32,000 nt of DNA from assembly GCA_049974095.1 (NCBI GenBank), contig JBMFJD010000010.1:1590-33589 (forward strand), read 5' to 3'. This DNA is from Nanopusillaceae archaeon. Lineage in GTDB: Archaea > Nanobdellota > Nanobdellia > Nanobdellales > Nanobdellaceae. Positions 9,967 through 18,141 of the stretch are shown here, in pieces. The notes under the pieces were generated by a model that saw only the letters and a list, made by a program, of their open reading frames with translations, ran no database searches and had not been told where the DNA came from. The position numbers were made by a program, and so were the translations under genes. Position 1 is the stretch's first letter. Each line of letters opens with the position of its first letter.

Positions 9967-10289
9967 TGGATGAGATAGAGGAATATGAAAAAATATTAGA
10001 TGAGTTAGAGAAAAAGATAAAAAATTTAAAAGAAGAATTAGAAAAAAATAAAAGATTAAATTTAGAATTAAAAGATAAGTATTTTAAATTAAAAATGCTT
10101 TTGGAAGATAAAAAGAAAGATTATAAAGAAATATTAGAAGAATTAAAGTACTTACTTCTTAATATAGATCAAAAACTGAATGATATTGAGGATATTAAAA
10201 AAAGAGTTTATAACCTAGAACTTAGGGTAGATTTGTTATCAAAAAATATAGAAGAGATAAAGAAAGATATGATAAAAGAAAAGATATAA
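9966..10289 (+). CDS. small coiled-coil protein, unknown function
   Basis: 107 aa, K/E/L-rich with a heptad-like pattern throughout. Its ATG overlaps the polB stop (TAATG). Confidence 0.5.
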   Translation: MDEIEEYEKILDELEKKIKNLKEELEKNKRLNLELKDKYFKLKMLLEDKKKDYKEILEELKYLLLNIDQKLNDIEDIKKRVYNLELRVDLLSKNIEEIKKDMIKEKI

Positions 10290-10321
10290 AATTAATAAAG
10301 ATATAGGTTGATAGTTTATAT

Positions 10322-11473
10322 ATGGATATAAAAGAAAATTTTAATATAATAGAGGAGTTCTATACCTATGTAAAAAAGTTTAATGATAAGCTAATAGAAC
10401 TAAATAAGGCATTAAATAAATATGTAGAAAAAACAGAATTTTATGATCAATTAGATGGATTAAGAGAAGAATTAGAAGAAGTTAAAAAATCATTAGATAA
10501 TTATAAATCATATTTAAATGAAGATGTATTAGAAAAAATAAGATATATACAAGATATCAAATTAAAAGTAGATGTATTAGAAAATAATCAGAAAAATTTT
10601 GTTGATTATTCATATTTAGTAGATATAAAATCTAAATTAAATAAATTGGAAGGAGAAATAAATGATTTATTAACAAAAGTATCAAATTCTGAAGAAAAAA
10701 TTAAAGAATTCGAAGAAGAAAAAGAAAAAATATCACAAATAGATAATAAATTAGAAGAAATAAATAATAATTATGTAAATAAAGAAGAATTTGAAAAAAT
10801 AAAACAAGAAATAAATAAGGTTACTGAAGCTGTTTCAAAAACATTAGAAAAAATATCCTCAGATTTAATACAATATAATAAATTGTTAGAAGATGTATCA
10901 GAAATAAAAGAAAAGGAACTATTTCAAATAAACAATAAAATAGAAGAATTAGAAGAAAAATATAAGAAAATAGATAAAGATTTTGATAAAAAAATTGGAG
11001 AAATGAGTTATTTATTAGAAATAAAAGAAGAAGATATAAAAAATATTAAAAATATAAAGATAGCAGAAGAATTGTATAATAAATATGTTAATTTTGAAAA
11101 TAGATTAAATGGTATGTATACATTATTTGAAGATCTTCAAAATATTGTAAATGATATAAAAAATAAAACACAAGATATAGAAAAGGTAAAAGAATTTGAA
11201 AATAAAATGAATGAATTAGAAAGTAAAATGGGAAATCTTAGAAATGAGCTAAATGATTTGAAATATGAAATATTGGATTCAAAAGATATTGTAGAAACAG
11301 TATTAGCAGATTATGAAAAAATGGAAAATAGAATAAAAAGAATAGAAAATGTTTTACAATTAACGAACTTTGATTATATTGTTGGAGAAGTTGAAAAGAT
11401 TAAAGAATTAGAGAATGATATAGAGAATATAAAAAGGGAATTATATGAAAGAAGAATAAGTACTAGATCTTAA
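10322..11473 (+). CDS. long coiled-coil protein, unknown function
   Basis: 383 aa, almost entirely K/E/N/I/L heptad-like sequence with recurring ..K(L/I/M)(N/E)EL(E).. units. No P-loop or other enzymatic motif. Confidence 0.55.
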   Translation: MDIKENFNIIEEFYTYVKKFNDKLIELNKALNKYVEKTEFYDQLDGLREELEEVKKSLDNYKSYLNEDVLEKIRYIQDIKLKVDVLENNQKNFVDYSYLVDIKSKLNKLEGEINDLLTKVSNSEEKIKEFEEEKEKISQIDNKLEEINNNYVNKEEFEKIKQEINKVTEAVSKTLEKISSDLIQYNKLLEDVSEIKEKELFQINNKIEELEEKYKKIDKDFDKKIGEMSYLLEIKEEDIKNIKNIKIAEELYNKYVNFENRLNGMYTLFEDLQNIVNDIKNKTQDIEKVKEFENKMNELESKMGNLRNELNDLKYEILDSKDIVETVLADYEKMENRIKRIENVLQLTNFDYIVGEVEKIKELENDIENIKRELYERRISTRS

Positions 11474-11826
11474 TGAATATTCTTTAATTTTTCAATAATA
11501 TTGATCATTTTATCAATAATATTATATAATTTTAATATTTTTTCTTTTGGTATATCTTTTATATTTTCTTCATTTAATATATCTATAAAATCTAATAATT
11601 GATTTTGTTTTATAATATATAATTCATCAAAGTATCCTTCTTCTTCTAATCTATATAACATAGAAATTAATTTTACAGCATCATTTGAATTACTCAAATC
11701 AACTTCTTTTTTTAATATAACATTTACTTTTCCCTTACTTTTTTCTCTAGCTTCTTTTATTTTTTTATCCAATTCTAATATTTTTCTTCTCTTGCTATAT
11801 TCTGATGAAGGAATTATTAATGGCAT
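11470..11826 (-). CDS. hypothetical protein
   Basis: 118-aa ORF starting 31 nt downstream of the C/D sRNA on the same strand. A TATA-like TTTTTAAATT (minus strand) lies about 25 nt upstream of its ATG. No family recognised. Confidence 0.45.
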   Translation of the reverse strand: MPLIIPSSEYSKRRKILELDKKIKEAREKSKGKVNVILKKEVDLSNSNDAVKLISMLYRLEEEGYFDELYIIKQNQLLDFIDILNEENIKDIPKEKILKLYNIIDKMINIIEKLKNIH

Positions 11827-11854
11827 AATAAAATATGATTTTTAGAAATTTAAA

Positions 11855-11908
11855 AATCAGCAGCTACTCCAATCATCATTTTTCAGGGGGTGTCCACATC
11901 ATCATAAT
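11855..11908 (-). ncRNA. C/D box sRNA (2'-O-methylation guide)
   Basis: Minus strand reads cuauu-AUGAUGA(C)-UGUGGACACCCC-CUGA(D')-AAA-AUGAUGA(C')-UUGGAGUAGCUG-CUGA(D)-uuuuu. It has two 12-nt guides and a 3-nt D'-C' spacer. The C box is at 11905-11899 and the D box at 11860-11857. It forms a GC-richer island in the spacer. Confidence 0.85.
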
Positions 11909-11910
11909 AG

Positions 11911-11918
11911 TTTATAAG
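11911..11918 (+). promoter_or_regulatory. TATA-like box (TTTATAAG) for the FlaK-like gene
   Basis: Centred about 26 nt upstream of ATG 11940, consistent with a leaderless transcript. Confidence 0.35.
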
Positions 11919-11932
11919 AATTTATTTTTTTA

Positions 11933-11941
11933 ACTTTATAT
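11933..11941 (-). promoter_or_regulatory. TATA-like box (ATATAAAG on minus strand) for the C/D sRNA
   Basis: Centred about 27 nt upstream of the sRNA 5' end. It overlaps the ATG of the divergent peptidase gene. Confidence 0.35.
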
Positions 11942-12920
11942 GTATGAAATAATTCCAATGCTAATTGTCGATTCTATTATTTTAGGAATATCTTCTTATC
12001 AGGATATAAAATATAAATCTGTTGATGATATCATTATTTATTCTTTATTTATTTTTAATATATTTTACTTTCTTTTTTTAATTTATTTAGGATATTATCC
12101 TCAAAATATTTTATTTTCTTATTTTATTCTTCTACTTTTTATAATTTTATATTCTCTAAGATTATTAGCAATTGGGGATCTATATGTATTTTTCTCTATT
12201 TTCTTATTATTATCATATTTTTCTCTAAATAGTCTATTTTTATTCTTCTTTTATTTATTTCTTTTTGGATTTATATTTCATAATCTTGAAGGGGCAAAAA
12301 TATTTTATAAGAATAATAATAAATATTTCTATTTATCTATTTTAGATATAATAATTATTTTGCTTTCTATTTACTTTATTTATAATTTCTTTTTCTCCTA
12401 TTCAATTCTTTATCTATTTATTTCTTTAATATTTTTATATATTTCATATTTTATCTTTAGAATATTTGAAAAAGAATTAAGGGAAAAATTAACATTTAGG
12501 AGAAAAGCAGAAGAGCTTGTTGAGGGGGATTGGATTGAAGATAATATTGAGTTAGAAAAAATAGAAGAAGAAGATATGAATTTATTATTAAAATATTTTG
12601 ATGTAGAAAGAAAAGAAAAATATATTTTAAGATTTAAGAAGGAAAAAATATATAATAAAATTTTATTAATAATTATCTCTATTTTACCAATTATTTTTTA
12701 TATAATCTCTCTTAAGTTCTTTATATTTTCAATTATAATAATACTATTATCTTTTCATATATTTCAAAATAAAATATTCAAAGGAAGGAAAGGTTTATCA
12801 AAAGAAGAAATTGAAGTTTTAAAGAAGGTATCTAAATATAATAAAATAGAATTTAATGTATATGAAGGAGCTCCATTTGTTCCACCAATATTCTTTGCCT
12901 TAATATTATTAATAATATGA
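11940..12920 (+). CDS. FlaK/PibD-type (A24 family) prepilin/prearchaellin peptidase-like membrane protein
   Basis: 326 aa, polytopic. SSYQDIKYKSVDDIII matches the first catalytic-Asp region of FlaK (ASVQDFRSREIEDYIW as I recall it). The second Asp, in LLAIGDL, lies 58 aa later (61 in FlaK). There is a charged soluble insert and a C-terminal APFVPPIFF. Confidence 0.6.
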   Translation: MYEIIPMLIVDSIILGISSYQDIKYKSVDDIIIYSLFIFNIFYFLFLIYLGYYPQNILFSYFILLLFIILYSLRLLAIGDLYVFFSIFLLLSYFSLNSLFLFFFYLFLFGFIFHNLEGAKIFYKNNNKYFYLSILDIIIILLSIYFIYNFFFSYSILYLFISLIFLYISYFIFRIFEKELREKLTFRRKAEELVEGDWIEDNIELEKIEEEDMNLLLKYFDVERKEKYILRFKKEKIYNKILLIIISILPIIFYIISLKFFIFSIIIILLSFHIFQNKIFKGRKGLSKEEIEVLKKVSKYNKIEFNVYEGAPFVPPIFFALILLII

Positions 12921-13927
12921 AATATAATATAATAGACAAAAAAACAATCAAAATTAATGCTGAACTAGATGAAGATTTAATATATTTGTATAAAATAATA
13001 AATCCTGGAGATATAATTGAAGGGGAAGATTATAGGGTAATAAAATTTGAAAATGAAAAAGAGAAAATAAAAGTAAAGATAAAAATAGAAGTAGAAGATA
13101 TAAAATTTTCTCAATATGGAAATTCATTAAGAGTATCTGGAAAAATATTGGAAGCAGATAAGGAAGTTGTTGGACATTATCATACATTTGATATAAAAGT
13201 TGGAAGCGAATTTAAATTATATAAAAAAGATGGGATAAAAAGTTATGAATTAAAAATATTGGAAAAATCTAAAAAAAGAAAAAATCAAATTTTTGTTGTT
13301 TCTTTAGATAATAATGAAATTGCAGTTGGAATAATTAATAATGGGGTAAAAATATTAAAGGAAGAAGAAATAAATATAAGTAAAGGAGATCCTGAAGAAG
13401 AATCTAAAAGAAAAAAGATATATTCTGAAATATTAAATATAATAAATGAATATAAATTAAAATATTTATGTATTATTGGCCCGGCATTCTATCCTGAAGA
13501 ATTTTATGAATATATAAAGGAAAAAGCAAATGTAGAAAAAATATTGACATTTAAAGTATCAAATGGTGGTGTAAATGGAATTTATGAATTTATTAGAAGA
13601 AAGGAATATTATGATACATTAAAAAATATTGAAATATTTGAATTAAATAAATTAATGGATGAAATATTATATTTAATCCAAAAAAATTTAATTGCGTTTG
13701 GATTTGAAGAAGTATATAAAAATGCATTATATGGGAATATAGAATATGTATTAATTACTGAAGAATTTTTTAAAAAAATGAAAGAAGAAAATATTAATAA
13801 ATTATTAGAATTATTTGAGATATTAGATAAAATAAATTCAGAAATCTATTTTGTAAATGAAAATATACAGAATTATGAATTAATAAATAAATTTGGTATT
13901 ATAGGAAAGTTAAGATATAAAATATAA
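12917..13927 (+). CDS. pelA: Pelota (Dom34) mRNA surveillance/ribosome rescue factor
   Basis: 336 aa. The N-terminus (KINAELDEDLIYLYKIINPGDIIEG) and the three-domain length fit archaeal Pelota. It has an ATGA overlap with the upstream gene. Confidence 0.75.
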   Translation: MKYNIIDKKTIKINAELDEDLIYLYKIINPGDIIEGEDYRVIKFENEKEKIKVKIKIEVEDIKFSQYGNSLRVSGKILEADKEVVGHYHTFDIKVGSEFKLYKKDGIKSYELKILEKSKKRKNQIFVVSLDNNEIAVGIINNGVKILKEEEINISKGDPEEESKRKKIYSEILNIINEYKLKYLCIIGPAFYPEEFYEYIKEKANVEKILTFKVSNGGVNGIYEFIRRKEYYDTLKNIEIFELNKLMDEILYLIQKNLIAFGFEEVYKNALYGNIEYVLITEEFFKKMKEENINKLLELFEILDKINSEIYFVNENIQNYELINKFGIIGKLRYKI

Positions 13928-13952
13928 ATTTTCAGATATGTCTATATAATAT

Positions 13953-15002
13953 ATGAAAAGAAGATATCAAACAATGGCAGTAGGTTTATTTTTTGTACTA
14001 TTAGGTCTTGCTTTATTAATATATTGGATTCTATTACCAGTTCCTTCTAAACAACAGCTCCTTCAAGAAATACTAAATCAAACAAATATTTCAATGCAAA
14101 CAAGTCAAATAACTACACAGATATCTCAACAATATCAATATGAAAATATTGAATTATCGACTTCTTCTATTTATTATTATATTGCTAATAATTATACTAT
14201 AGGAAATTATATTCCATCATATATAATTTATTTAGGAAATTCAAAATTTCAATCTAATATATTTTATGGTAAGATAAGTAAGGAATACTATTTTTATTTT
14301 TCTAATAATTCATTGGGAGTTAATTTAACAGCAATTTTTTCATGCAGTAATGGATATTTTGACATATACATTAATGGTCAAGAAATCTATTCTGGATGTC
14401 AAAACGGACAATTTAGTATATTTATTCCTTCTTCATATTTAATATATGGAGAGAATGGATTAAAAATAGAATTTGTACCAGATAGTATAATATTTAATGG
14501 ATTTGGAGAAATAAATAATTTAGAAATAACCTATTTACAACAAAATTCTTTATCTTTCTCTTATTATTATGTTTCTGGAAATGCATATATGTACTATGAT
14601 TTTTGTCCATATTATCCTCAAGATGTGGAATTAATAGTAAATAATTTATCCATACCTCTTTCTTCATGTTCTGGTTTATTTTATTTAACACCATATTTGA
14701 ATATTGGGGAAAATAATATTGAATTAATATCTTCATATCCAGTTAATATTAATCAATTATATTTACAATCTAATCAACATTTATTTTTTATATTATTTCC
14801 AAATAATATAGAAAATAATTTGCTAGAAGTTATAGTAAGTAAAGGAGAAGGAACTATGATATTAAATAATAACTGTGTTTATTATGTAAATTCTGAGCAA
14901 TCTGTATATGCAATCAATATTTCTAATTGCTTATTACCTGAAAATATTTTAGAAATAAGGCCAACAGGATATTTATATATTTCATATTTACAAATATCAT
15001 AA
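13953..15002 (+). CDS. exported/anchored surface protein 1 (unknown family), three Cys-pair modules
   Basis: 349 aa. N-terminus is MKRRYQT plus a hydrophobic helix. N/S/Y/I/Q-rich with few charged residues, 6 Cys and many N-x-S/T sequons. The unit C-x17-20-C...[GP]EN-x-[IL]-[EK]-[IL] occurs three times. Confidence 0.65.
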   Translation: MKRRYQTMAVGLFFVLLGLALLIYWILLPVPSKQQLLQEILNQTNISMQTSQITTQISQQYQYENIELSTSSIYYYIANNYTIGNYIPSYIIYLGNSKFQSNIFYGKISKEYYFYFSNNSLGVNLTAIFSCSNGYFDIYINGQEIYSGCQNGQFSIFIPSSYLIYGENGLKIEFVPDSIIFNGFGEINNLEITYLQQNSLSFSYYYVSGNAYMYYDFCPYYPQDVELIVNNLSIPLSSCSGLFYLTPYLNIGENNIELISSYPVNINQLYLQSNQHLFFILFPNNIENNLLEVIVSKGEGTMILNNNCVYYVNSEQSVYAINISNCLLPENILEIRPTGYLYISYLQIS

Positions 15003-15003
15003 A

Positions 15004-16230
15004 ATGAGAAAAAAGAGTGGTGCTGGTGCTGTCTTTCTTCTATTTATATTGGTAGCTATTGGTATTCTCTTTTACTTTTATGGGGGAAGAATTATACAAG
15101 CAGTTGAAGTATATATGTACAATCCAGGAAGTTCTAGTATTATTCAAGCTGGAGAAAATTTATTCAATGGATTTTACGGATCTTTGCAAGCAGTTTATAA
15201 TATTCTATCAAATCCTGAGCAATATGCAGAAAAACAATTAATGCAAACAGAACCTGCAAATCAACAGGTTTATTCTTATACCATAAATTTACAACCATTA
15301 CAGTCTCTACCAGGTTTAATAGAAAAAGATGGAAATACTACCCAAACAGAAGTAGAATATGAATTTGAATATTCTTTACCTGCAAATGAAATACAAAATA
15401 ATCAAGTAGAATTTATATGTAATAGTAGTTATCCTTCATTACTTAATGGATGTTTTATAGATTTTCCAACTACTTCTAATGTTCAACCATCTTCAACATC
15501 AATATCTAGTCCTTTTCAAGTTCAAACAGTAGTATGTCAAATTCCATCATTTCAAATAAATACGTCTAATTGTAATTCTATTTTATCATTAGGCTTTACT
15601 ATAGATAATAATATTAAAGCTATTATAAATGATGTTATGAGTAGTACTAAATATAATTTCTTGGCAGTAAGTGCTACAATTGCTGCATATGCGAATGCTA
15701 ATAATGAAAATATTTATACATACCTAAAAATAAATCCATCTGGATACGATGTTGGAATCTATAATGGAGTTTATAATTTACCATATATAGAAATTGGAAG
15801 AGCAGGAAAAGAAAGTGGATATCCTGTTTTATTAGAAAATAATCAAACTGCATATGATGTAATATTTATTAGTTTAGATTCTATTAATGGGATAAAAAAG
15901 ATTAATTCATGGACCCTTTCATTTATTTATGATCCGTCACAAATTAATTTAGAATATTTAAATGGAAATCAATGTACTAATTCTTATTCTTTTGGAAATA
16001 ATCGAGAATATGAAATATCATGCAATAATAATAATTGTAATATATATGTAAATTCAGATTTTTTGAAAATATTACAAAATAATGGACAATTGTTAATTTT
16101 AGCAATACCTTTATGTATGCAACCAGGTTCCAGTTTCCAAGGATATACAACAGTAACAATTATTTCAAATATTAGTTATAATTATTTGCTGTCATCTTCT
16201 GCTACTATAAATTATTATACATCTTCATAG
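15004..16230 (+). CDS. exported surface protein 2 (unknown family), class III-like signal
   Basis: 408 aa. MRKKSG/AGAVFLLFILVAIGILFYF resembles a type IV pilin (class III) signal. It has 8 Cys and is N/S/T/Q/Y-rich. There is a 1-nt gap to the upstream gene. Confidence 0.65.
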   Translation: MRKKSGAGAVFLLFILVAIGILFYFYGGRIIQAVEVYMYNPGSSSIIQAGENLFNGFYGSLQAVYNILSNPEQYAEKQLMQTEPANQQVYSYTINLQPLQSLPGLIEKDGNTTQTEVEYEFEYSLPANEIQNNQVEFICNSSYPSLLNGCFIDFPTTSNVQPSSTSISSPFQVQTVVCQIPSFQINTSNCNSILSLGFTIDNNIKAIINDVMSSTKYNFLAVSATIAAYANANNENIYTYLKINPSGYDVGIYNGVYNLPYIEIGRAGKESGYPVLLENNQTAYDVIFISLDSINGIKKINSWTLSFIYDPSQINLEYLNGNQCTNSYSFGNNREYEISCNNNNCNIYVNSDFLKILQNNGQLLILAIPLCMQPGSSFQGYTTVTIISNISYNYLLSSSATINYYTSS

Positions 16231-16265
16231 AAATGTTTATATTTTATTAAATAGAAAAATTAAAT

Positions 16266-17249
16266 ATGAAGACAAATAAAGTATTATCTATATTACCAAT
16301 TTTTCTTTTAGGAACAACCCTATTTTATTTTTCTTCATGTCCAACAGTAAATATTAATACTGGAAGCGGAGGAAGTTCTGGAAGTACAGTTCAATTCACA
16401 CAACCATCGTGGGCAATAAATCAGGCAGGAAATGTACAAATAACTATACAATCTCCATCTATGTTATTCTATAATCCAAATTTAGGATTATCATATACAT
16501 TACCAATGTCATATACAAATTCTATATATACTGAATCTAATAATCAATTAACAGTAACATATCAAATAGCTACCTATGGAAATATATCTCCATCTTCTGG
16601 TTCATTTACTCCTCAAACTCCTATATATAATCCATCATCAAAGTCTATTACTGTAATTACATATCCTTTACAAGCATTACAACTTAAATTACCTTCTGGA
16701 TTACAAGCAGTTCCATCTTCTCTCCTAATTGAGATACAATATAATATAAGTAATGTACAAACAAATATAGAAATACCATTAATATTAAAAAATACAAATT
16801 CTGGAATAACTCTTACAGAACCAATTTATTATTCTTCTTCTCCAGTTATTCCAACTTCTAATAGTATTCAGATAACAGAAGGTGGTGGATATGCAACATT
16901 TTCTCTTTCTCTAGAAGATGCTTTAGGATGTTTTAGTGCAATGAATCCTTCATTAGGAGAAATTCCAGAGATAAATATAGATAATACAGTACTTCAACTA
17001 AATGCTGGAGGACAATTAATTAATGTACAAAATGGTCAAAACGGATTTGATTGTGCACCAACAGGAACAATACCTTTGCAATCAGCAGCAATAGTATGTC
17101 AAATAAATATGAATCAATTAGCATCTTCCTATCCATCTATACAGAGCGCTTTAAGTTCTAATGTTGGTGTTATAGGAGGAGTATTAATTAATATAACATA
17201 TAACTGTGAAGAACAAACTTCCTTTAGTATACCATTAAATGAAACATAG
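16266..17249 (+). CDS. exported surface protein 3 (unknown family), lipobox-like signal
   Basis: 327 aa. The signal is MKTNKVLSILPIFLLGTTLFYFSSC. It has 4 further Cys and is S/T/N/Q/P-rich with few charged residues. Confidence 0.65.
   Translation: MKTNKVLSILPIFLLGTTLFYFSSCPTVNINTGSGGSSGSTVQFTQPSWAINQAGNVQITIQSPSMLFYNPNLGLSYTLPMSYTNSIYTESNNQLTVTYQIATYGNISPSSGSFTPQTPIYNPSSKSITVITYPLQALQLKLPSGLQAVPSSLLIEIQYNISNVQTNIEIPLILKNTNSGITLTEPIYYSSSPVIPTSNSIQITEGGGYATFSLSLEDALGCFSAMNPSLGEIPEINIDNTVLQLNAGGQLINVQNGQNGFDCAPTGTIPLQSAAIVCQINMNQLASSYPSIQSALSSNVGVIGGVLINITYNCEEQTSFSIPLNET
16287..16340 (+). repeat. 54-nt signal-peptide-coding repeat, copy 1
   Basis: tct-a-tattaccaatttttcttttaggaacaaccctattttatttttcttc-a-tgt matches 17257-17310 with 2 mismatches, including a 46-nt perfect core. 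Confidence 0.9.
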
Positions 17250-18117
17250 GATTTTTTCTGTATTACCAATTTTTCTTTTAGGAACAACCCTATTTTATTT
17301 TTCTTCTTGTATTTCTCTTAGTAATCAATCTTCTACTACGCAGTCTTCTTCTACATATTCTAAAGCTAGTTTTTATTTTGATGTTTATACAGGTCCGGGT
17401 TTTTCTCCCTATGTTTATCCAAATGTACCATTTCAGGTTCCAATAATTATTAGTACTTCTAATCCAAATTTTCAATGGACTATATGTTTAGCAAGTTTAC
17501 CAAATGGATTTGCAATAAGTGGAAATACATGTTATTCTTCATCAAATATTGCATATAATAATTATAATCAGACTCAAATATATTTACCATATAATGGAAA
17601 TATAACATTAACTGATCCTTCTCTTTTATCTTCTAATAACATAAATCTAAATATATATGAATGTTATCAATATGAAAGTTCTTATTATATACAAGGTTGT
17701 TTTGAAAATCAGCAATGTTCATATACTTTCCAATCTTTTACACAAAATGATCCTATACAAATAAATAATATAAATGCAATACGTACATCAAATGGATATT
17801 TATTAAATATTTATGTTAGTATAAATAGAGGATCATCAGTATTTGATATTACTACAAATAATATTATAAATAAATGTAATCCAAATAATATTAATTTATT
17901 GAATTATTCTTTATATTATAATCTAACTTTGTTTATTAATGGAAATTCATACTATTATAATGGTTATTTAACATTTCCTTCCAATTCGAATAATTATGAA
18001 ATCTCTATACCAATTAATTATCAAGGAACAAATGAATATATTTTTGGTAATTTGGCATTTTACTATTATATATTTGAAGAAAATACAATTGCAACATTAA
18101 ATGTACAAACTTCATAA
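17239..18117 (+). CDS. exported surface protein 4 (unknown family), lipobox-like signal, signal-module paralog of protein 3
   Basis: 292 aa. The signal is MKHRIFSVLPIFLLGTTLFYFSSC. It has 6 further Cys and, by hand count, about 6% charged residues. It overlaps the upstream gene by 11 nt. Confidence 0.65.
   Translation: MKHRIFSVLPIFLLGTTLFYFSSCISLSNQSSTTQSSSTYSKASFYFDVYTGPGFSPYVYPNVPFQVPIIISTSNPNFQWTICLASLPNGFAISGNTCYSSSNIAYNNYNQTQIYLPYNGNITLTDPSLLSSNNINLNIYECYQYESSYYIQGCFENQQCSYTFQSFTQNDPIQINNINAIRTSNGYLLNIYVSINRGSSVFDITTNNIINKCNPNNINLLNYSLYYNLTLFINGNSYYYNGYLTFPSNSNNYEISIPINYQGTNEYIFGNLAFYYYIFEENTIATLNVQTS
17257..17310 (+). repeat. 54-nt signal-peptide-coding repeat, copy 2
   Basis: Matches 16287-16340 (offset 970 nt). 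The rest of the two genes shows no comparable nucleotide identity. Confidence 0.9.
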
Positions 18118-18141
18118 ATTATTTGTATATAAAAATATAAA

